Shown here: positions 57,726 through 64,000 of the stretch, piece by piece | Layout: each line of letters starts with the position of its first letter | How positions within the stretch are numbered: the first letter of the stretch is position 1 | Assembly (NCBI GenBank): GCA_965279035.1 | Contig: OZ257142.1 | Span: 3,136,001-3,200,000 of the forward strand | DNA: 64,000 nucleotides | Source: Bacteroidia bacterium | Lineage (GTDB): Bacteria; Bacteroidota; Bacteroidia; M30B66 | Reading direction: 5' to 3' | Program-made: the position numbers and the translations under genes | Notes under the pieces: model-generated | What the model saw: only the letters and a program-made list of their open reading frames with translations | The model's database searches: none | What the model was told of the DNA's origin: nothing

Positions 57726-57758
57726 AAACAAAACCCCGCAATAAGCGGGGTTTTGTTT
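57726..57758 (-). terminator. Intrinsic terminator
   Basis: AAACAAAACCCCGC-aataa-GCGGGGTTTTGTTT. Confidence 0.85.
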
Positions 57759-57772
57759 AATCACGTTTTTGA

Positions 57773-59911
57773 TTAATTCTTGATTATTTTTTTATGATAT
57801 ACCTGACCATCAATTTCTATTTGAATGGTATAGATTCCTGATGAAATCGTTGATAAATCAAGGTTGAAATTTTGAGCTCCCGGATTTACTTGTCCAGAAT
57901 ATGGAGCAAGAACTTGCTTACCTAGAATATCAATTAAGCGAATTTGAACTTTAGAAGAATTCACCGTATTAAATTCAATCTTAGTTAATCCAGTTGTTGG
58001 ATTTGGGTAAGCATTTAATCCAATTAAATCGGCAGCATCTTCAATTCCTAGTGCAACACCAATGTTGATATCGTCTAGATAAAGATTATTACTTCCATTT
58101 GTTCCGGCAACAAATTCAAAACGGAAACGAACATTCGTTTGAGTTGCAACACTTGTCAAACCTAAAGCAATTGTTTGCCATTGATTCGTATTCGTTGGAA
58201 CAAACTCAGATGTATAAAGTCCAGCTGTAATTAATTCAGCACCCGATAATGTTTTACGCAAAATCCATGTTTGTCCACAATTCACAGATGTATACACTTT
58301 TAATGCATCATCTGCAGTTCCATTTCTTTCAGCTCCTGAAATACGGAAAGTTAATGAAGGACTAGCTACCGTTGCTAAATTATATGAAGGTGAAATGAAG
58401 TCATCCGTTTCTGTTGGAGTGTTGTTATAATTTCTCATTTTCACACAACTTCCAAATGTTCCAAATCCTGTCCATGGGCTGAATTCCCATTTATTAGCTG
58501 AATTATCATTGTTAAACACAATCCAACGATCAAAATTTGAATTGTAATCTAGATTATCCCAAAAAGGACCAGTTGAAAAATCAGCAGTTTGACTACTTAT
58601 CGTTACGTAATCATTTTTCTGAACTGCATTTTCACCAATTGCATTCGAAGTAGTAAGCTTAACATTATAAATTCCTGCAGTAGAATAGCTTACAACTGGT
58701 GTCGAAACAGTAGATGTTGCGGGTGAACCACCTTCAAATTCCCAAGCACGTGTGTATGAATCTGAATTATAGGAAAAATCAGAGTAAGTCACTGTAGCAC
58801 CTTCACACACTAAACGGCGATTATCGCAAAAACTAGCAATTGGAGCACAACTTACTGGGTTAGCAACATCTTCATCTCGAGTTCCTGTAGCTGCAAGGTT
58901 TTCATCTGATTGCAGATAGTATCGAACTGTAGCAAGTGTTCCATCCATAACATTCTTTTGACCATGTGTAAACATACTCATGCATTGATCATCTGAATAG
59001 TCCATATAATTATTGAACATCTCGCCAGAAGTATCATTCGTATCACGATTACATGTAGTTAAATTATAAGGGTAATCAGACCAACAGATACCATAATTAG
59101 GGCCTAGCGCAATTGGTGTATCATCAACTCCATCGCTACCACAATCAGCATCACCCCAAATATGACGTAAACCTAACCAGTGACCAACTTCATGAGTAAC
59201 GGTTCTACCTAAACGAGGGCCAAATGAGCCTGTTGCCGCAGTACCAATACTTCCAATACAATCATTACGAATTACAATTCCATCAGTCGATAACAAGCCT
59301 CCCAATGGAAATTGAGCATATCCTAAAACTTCTCCACCAGTCCCTTGCACATCTCCTATCGATTTAACAACCCAAACGTTTAGGTATTTATATGAATTCC
59401 AATGAGAAACAGATTTCACTCCATTGTCATTGTTGGCTTCGTTTGTTTTAGGAGAATACACGCGAACAATTCCATCAGTACAATTTCCTAAATCATCTTT
59501 AGTAGCTAAACGAAATTCAATTTGACAATCTGCAGCTAATGGAACAAAAGCTTCAGGAGTTTGAGTGAAATTTGGATTTGTTAAACTGTAATCCTCATTC
59601 ATTATACGAATCTGATCTAATATTTGCGCACGAGAAATATTTTCTGGACCACATTCATGAATTACATGAAATACTACTGGAATAATTCGCTTATTCCCTG
59701 ATCTAGATTGACCGCTATTATGTAAAAGATATTGTTGAATACTTTTTTCGTATTGTTCTCGTTCTGCACGAAGTTCAGGATGCTTAGTAAGTTCCTGCTC
59801 CATTACTTCAACGGAAGAACATTTGTGGGGTACATGCTTAGATTGTCCCATTACATTTCCGAAAGAAAGTGTCAGGGCAAAAGACATGAACATCAAAGTA
59901 AATCTTTTCAT
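57773..59911 (-). CDS. M43 (pappalysin/ulilysin-like) zinc metalloprotease with PKD domain and T9SS CTD
   Basis: IPVVFHVIH, HEVGHWLGLRH, NYMDYSDD Met-turn, W.FEGGSP PKD, AYPNP...KKIIKN. Confidence 0.93.
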   Translation of the reverse strand: MKRFTLMFMSFALTLSFGNVMGQSKHVPHKCSSVEVMEQELTKHPELRAEREQYEKSIQQYLLHNSGQSRSGNKRIIPVVFHVIHECGPENISRAQILDQIRIMNEDYSLTNPNFTQTPEAFVPLAADCQIEFRLATKDDLGNCTDGIVRVYSPKTNEANNDNGVKSVSHWNSYKYLNVWVVKSIGDVQGTGGEVLGYAQFPLGGLLSTDGIVIRNDCIGSIGTAATGSFGPRLGRTVTHEVGHWLGLRHIWGDADCGSDGVDDTPIALGPNYGICWSDYPYNLTTCNRDTNDTSGEMFNNYMDYSDDQCMSMFTHGQKNVMDGTLATVRYYLQSDENLAATGTRDEDVANPVSCAPIASFCDNRRLVCEGATVTYSDFSYNSDSYTRAWEFEGGSPATSTVSTPVVSYSTAGIYNVKLTTSNAIGENAVQKNDYVTISSQTADFSTGPFWDNLDYNSNFDRWIVFNNDNSANKWEFSPWTGFGTFGSCVKMRNYNNTPTETDDFISPSYNLATVASPSLTFRISGAERNGTADDALKVYTSVNCGQTWILRKTLSGAELITAGLYTSEFVPTNTNQWQTIALGLTSVATQTNVRFRFEFVAGTNGSNNLYLDDINIGVALGIEDAADLIGLNAYPNPTTGLTKIEFNTVNSSKVQIRLIDILGKQVLAPYSGQVNPGAQNFNLDLSTISSGIYTIQIEIDGQVYHKKIIKN

Positions 59912-60116
59912 GTGTTGTGGTTCTTGAATGTTATTTTAAAATAAAACCGCACAAGGTTAAGGAAATATTTGCCAACTTAATAGTATTAAAGGCTGATAAT
60001 TTCCAATTGTAACGATTGAATTCAAATTTACAAACTCATATTACAAATTATCAAATACATAAAATGCATACTATCGGTTAAACCGAACATGATTTAATGA
60101 TAAAATCAGCATAAAT

Positions 60117-62219
60117 TCAATATGAAATAAACCCATCATGCAATGGATCGCAACAAATCCAATGCTTCCTTTTTGCTACAAGTTCGATTGGAATTCTATC
60201 CATCATTCTCAACCAAGGACAAAATAATAGAATTACATCTGCTTGATTCACTTTTTCTAATATCGCTATCGTTTGTCTATTAATTGATTTTAATATTAGA
60301 ACATTATTCACTTTAAAAAAACCTGCTTTAGACCAAATCGCATTAACATTCAATGACTTACATTTCGAATTAATAGTCACTCCATTTTTAGAATCTAACA
60401 TTTCAACGATGGTGGGGAATACATTTATCCCATCAGCTTGATTGATCAATGTTGGAATTTGAAGTTGATAGTTTGAGGGAAATTGAATGAAGCGCCGACC
60501 TTGTAATAAAATAAAGTGCTGACCTTCATTTGTTTGGAAATGAATAGAATTACTTGTTGAATAGATATAATTGGGGGATTTCTCAGCAAAAATTGTTTCA
60601 TTAATAATACCAAGTATTAACCCGATACTTAGAGTTATGATGCTTGCTTTTAAATACTTAACTGAAATTCGTTTTATACATGCGAATGCAAAAAAGATAG
60701 TGGCTGAGTAAAAAATCAATTGAGATATTGATATTGAAGAAAGTGAAATTTTAGCAAATGGGAGTGTGCCAATGAAAATCGCCCACTTATTTAATAGACC
60801 TATTCCGAAAGAGAAGAGATACATGAATCCAATTCCAAGCAATGGAATCTTAGCTAAAAGAAGTGTTAGTATACCACAGTATGTTAATAAGGTAGAAAGC
60901 GGAACTGCAATGAGATTGGCTGGTAGAAACCAAGTAGGAAAAGTCCCAAAAACAAAAAAAGAAATGGGCGAAGTTGCAATCTGGGCAGCAGTTGAAATTG
61001 CTATAGGTGCTAAAATGTTTCTAAACAAACGATTAGGAATTTTTTGAATAAAATCTAAAATCGGTTTTATGGATAATATTGCCCAAACAGCTGCAAATGA
61101 TAATTGAAATCCAATATCCATCATTACTTGTGGTGTTAAAAGAAGGATAATAAATGCCGCTCCCGATAAAATATTAAAAGGTGAAACTCGCCTATTCAAA
61201 AGATTCGAAACCATAATCAATGTGAACATGCAAACTGCTCGATTTACAGAAGGAGATAAACCAGTCATTGCTGCATAAACCCATAAAATCATAAGAATCA
61301 AAAGGATATTCATTTTCCCTTTCTTCAAAAAAGGTATGAAGCCAAATAAAAAAGTTAGTGCTTGAAAAAGTAAGCCGACATGCAATCCTGATACTGCTAA
61401 AATATGAATGATGCCTCCTGCAGAATAGGTTTTTATAAGATCATTATTCATTTCTGATCGGTCACCTAATAGTAAAGCTGATGCTACTTGCTTTTCATCT
61501 GGATGAAATATAGAGTCGTCAAGTTGACTTAATAATTTGCTTCTCCAAGAATTTGTGATTCGCTTGAAGGAAAAATCATCCATCGATAATTTGAATAACT
61601 GATCTGCTTGAATTCTTAATTGTGAAAATATACCCCGTTTGGCAAGAAAGGATTTGTAATCAAATTCACCTGGAATATTCGGAGCTTGAATAGATTTAAG
61701 TTTTCCCCAAACAATGAATCGATCATTTATTTGAATTTGCTGTTTGTGATTATCGACAATTTGTGTTCGGACCTTCCAAGTATGAGAATGAATAGAATTC
61801 AATGAAGATACATCGATCAAATTGCAATCAAACGAAACGACTCCTTGCTTAAATCGAGGGTCGTCTATAACCTCTATAAAGTAAGGTTCTGACTTATTGA
61901 TTCTATTTAGATGTGAATCATTCTTATAATTTAATACACGTGTTTGATGAATTGAAATAATCCCGCCTATGAAGAAGATCAAATGAATAAGTGTACCCTG
62001 AAAATATGCTGGAAAGATTTTTCTAAAATTCTTAGAAAGTCCAATACCTATAAAAATCAAGAAAATCGCAAGAAATACTTCTAAAACATAGGGTAAATTT
62101 AAATTAGATAATATTTCAAAATTACAGAGTAAACAGCCTATTCCAAAACTAATGACCAATCGACTCATCGGTTGGTAGGCCCAAAAAGATTGCACATGAA
62201 AATCGATTGATTTTTTCAT
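60117..62219 (-). CDS. comEC: ComEC/Rec2-family competence protein
   Basis: PGEFDY, LLLGDR, HILAVSGLHVG, PSVNRA, GFQLSF; start uncertain. Confidence 0.92.
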   Translation of the reverse strand: MKKSIDFHVQSFWAYQPMSRLVISFGIGCLLCNFEILSNLNLPYVLEVFLAIFLIFIGIGLSKNFRKIFPAYFQGTLIHLIFFIGGIISIHQTRVLNYKNDSHLNRINKSEPYFIEVIDDPRFKQGVVSFDCNLIDVSSLNSIHSHTWKVRTQIVDNHKQQIQINDRFIVWGKLKSIQAPNIPGEFDYKSFLAKRGIFSQLRIQADQLFKLSMDDFSFKRITNSWRSKLLSQLDDSIFHPDEKQVASALLLGDRSEMNNDLIKTYSAGGIIHILAVSGLHVGLLFQALTFLFGFIPFLKKGKMNILLILMILWVYAAMTGLSPSVNRAVCMFTLIMVSNLLNRRVSPFNILSGAAFIILLLTPQVMMDIGFQLSFAAVWAILSIKPILDFIQKIPNRLFRNILAPIAISTAAQIATSPISFFVFGTFPTWFLPANLIAVPLSTLLTYCGILTLLLAKIPLLGIGFMYLFSFGIGLLNKWAIFIGTLPFAKISLSSISISQLIFYSATIFFAFACIKRISVKYLKASIITLSIGLILGIINETIFAEKSPNYIYSTSNSIHFQTNEGQHFILLQGRRFIQFPSNYQLQIPTLINQADGINVFPTIVEMLDSKNGVTINSKCKSLNVNAIWSKAGFFKVNNVLILKSINRQTIAILEKVNQADVILLFCPWLRMMDRIPIELVAKRKHWICCDPLHDGFISY

Positions 62220-62231
62220 GGTGCAAAAAAC

Positions 62232-62258
62232 AAAAAGCCACGCAATTGCGTGGCTTTT
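62232..62258 (-). terminator. Intrinsic terminator
   Basis: AAAAAGCCACGC-aatt-GCGTGGCTTTTT. Confidence 0.85.
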
Positions 62259-62284
62259 TAAACATTTATATACGTTTAAAATGC

Positions 62285-64000
62285 TTATTCAACAACTTTA
62301 AACTCCGTACGACGATTCAACTGATGTTGCTCTTCGGTGCATGTAGTGCATTCACAAACAGCTTTCGGTTGTGTTTCACCATATCCTTTGAATGTTAATC
62401 GCTTAGGATCAATATCACGAAGAGTACAATATTTCAACACCGATTTAGCTCGAGCTTCAGATAAACGCTGATTATAAGCATCATCACCACGACAATCAGT
62501 ATGAGAACCAAACTCAATTTTATATTGAGGATTATCAGTTAACAATTTAACAAGTTTGTCAAGTTCAATAGCTGCATCTGGACGAATATCTGCTTTATTG
62601 TAATCATAGTAGATATCAAGTACGCGAGGACCAACTGTTTTTTCAAGTTCGATAATCTTGTTCTCTTTACACGTAATTATAATATCAGAACATTTTCTTT
62701 CAACTGTAGAAATATCAATTGAGTTTGTTAATGTTTGATTATAACGAGCATTGATTGAGAAATTGAAACCGCCTTTGAAACGGAAGTTTGCAACACCGCG
62801 ACTATCAGTCATAGAGCTATCAACTTCACCAGTTTCTTTGTTTGTTGCATAAACTGTACAACCAACAAAAGGAGCTTTGGTTTCTTTGTCTTGAACACAA
62901 ATTTCTGCCGGAATAATTGGATCTTTATAAATCACTTCATAAAGTTGATCAGAACCAGAACGAGCAGAAGTTAGATTTCCAATTTTACCATCATTATCAA
63001 GTGTGAAACTGAAATCATCTTTCGAAGAATTGATTGGAGATTTCAAATTCACTGGTTGACTAAATGTACTTCCGTTTTTAGAACTAACGAAAATGTCCAA
63101 TCCACCCATACCTGCATGACCGTCGGAAGAGAAATAGAACTTTTCATTGAATCCTACTTGAGGCATCATTTCACGACCAGAAGTATTAATCATTGGTCCA
63201 AGATTAACAGGATCTCCCCAAGCTGTTCCATTCCAAGTGCAACTATATAAATCCGTTTGACCATATCCACCTGGGCGATCAGAAGAGAAATATAGAATCT
63301 TACCATCAGGACTTAATGCTGGATGACCATTAGAGAATTCATCGCTGTTGAAAGGAAATTCTTCAATATTTGTCCATTCACCTTCAATGAGTGTAGCTTT
63401 TAAAATTTTAAGGTTAGCTACATTTTCGACATTTTTTTTGATTTTCCCTTTGAATTGATTGGTACGAGTAAAATACATGGTTTGTCCATCAGAAGTGACA
63501 GCGCCAAATGCATCATGATATTCACTATTAACTCCACCTTTAATTAATTCGGGAGCAGACCATTTACCTGCTTTATCTTTCTTAGAATAGTAAAGATCCA
63601 TGAAAGAAAGTCCAGAATAAGGATCTCTTTGTTTTTTATCTTCAACAACAGTTTGAGCAGCGAAAACAAAACCATAATTATAAGGAGTTGCGCCGAAAGC
63701 GGTATTAACACCACTCAATTCAATTTTTGTCAAACTATAGGCACAGGTATCCAAACTATTATCGAATTTTTTCGGATTCGCACAAGCATCAATTAAGCCT
63801 TGTAAAACTTTATCATCAGGTACACGTTTCGCATATTCCTGAAAAGCTTTTTTTGCTTCATCATACTTTTGATTCTCCATTAAAACTTTACCGAAATAAA
63901 ATTGATTGATAGAATCACTTTCGGGCATAGTTACAACATCGCGATAAATTTCTTCAGCCGCAGTTGTATTATTCATCAACCTATATGAATTTGCCAATTT
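62285..64000 (-). CDS. PorE-like OmpA-family protein (TPR - PD40/WD40 - OmpA C-terminal), 5' truncated by window
   Basis: TPR-like start, PD40 repeats (LYFSSDRPGGYG), OmpA motifs SHTDCRG, LSEARA, NRRTEF. Confidence 0.92.
   Translation of the reverse strand, partial: KLANSYRLMNNTTAAEEIYRDVVTMPESDSINQFYFGKVLMENQKYDEAKKAFQEYAKRVPDDKVLQGLIDACANPKKFDNSLDTCAYSLTKIELSGVNTAFGATPYNYGFVFAAQTVVEDKKQRDPYSGLSFMDLYYSKKDKAGKWSAPELIKGGVNSEYHDAFGAVTSDGQTMYFTRTNQFKGKIKKNVENVANLKILKATLIEGEWTNIEEFPFNSDEFSNGHPALSPDGKILYFSSDRPGGYGQTDLYSCTWNGTAWGDPVNLGPMINTSGREMMPQVGFNEKFYFSSDGHAGMGGLDIFVSSKNGSTFSQPVNLKSPINSSKDDFSFTLDNDGKIGNLTSARSGSDQLYEVIYKDPIIPAEICVQDKETKAPFVGCTVYATNKETGEVDSSMTDSRGVANFRFKGGFNFSINARYNQTLTNSIDISTVERKCSDIIITCKENKIIELEKTVGPRVLDIYYDYNKADIRPDAAIELDKLVKLLTDNPQYKIEFGSHTDCRGDDAYNQRLSEARAKSVLKYCTLRDIDPKRLTFKGYGETQPKAVCECTTCTEEQHQLNRRTEFKVVE

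Noticed and set aside
60117-62219. ComEC without a recognisable metallo-beta-lactamase domain
   Set aside because: Common in Bacteroidota ComEC; not evidence of a pseudogene

Overview
64 kb of an AT-rich Bacteroidota chromosome. Evidence for the phylum: TAnnTTTG -7 promoter elements, T9SS C-terminal domains, a GldI-like FKBP, a PorE-like OmpA protein and the rpsP-rimM-trmN6 gene order. Most of the window is core or housekeeping DNA: a MarR-EmrAB-TolC efflux locus, uvrB, uvrA, trxA, lysS, rpsP/rimM, lpdA, a short wza/wzc polysaccharide locus, a four-gene FKBP array, nrnA, saccharopine dehydrogenase, comEC and tRNA-Arg(CCG). An accessory stretch at about 15-28 kb holds the most interesting material. 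(1) A four-gene ECF sigma module (secreted DUF2723-CTD-like protein, ECF sigma, anti-sigma, terminator, SIMPL protein) in which both transcription units carry the same TGAACCT-N14-CATA promoter-like motif. (2) An intergenic element at 16829-17021 with pseudoknot and possible triple-helix geometry. (3) A composite heptamer / REP-like / Flavo-1-like structured element at 20522-20694. (4) Tandem paralogous lipoproteins behind the tRNA. Elsewhere there is a secreted non-catalytic 4xCBM48 protein coupled to a double aspartyl protease, an orphan alpha-oxoamine synthase and an orphan Hpt gene. I saw no transposase, integrase, prophage, CRISPR array or rRNA. All family calls come from motif recognition by eye, not database searches.
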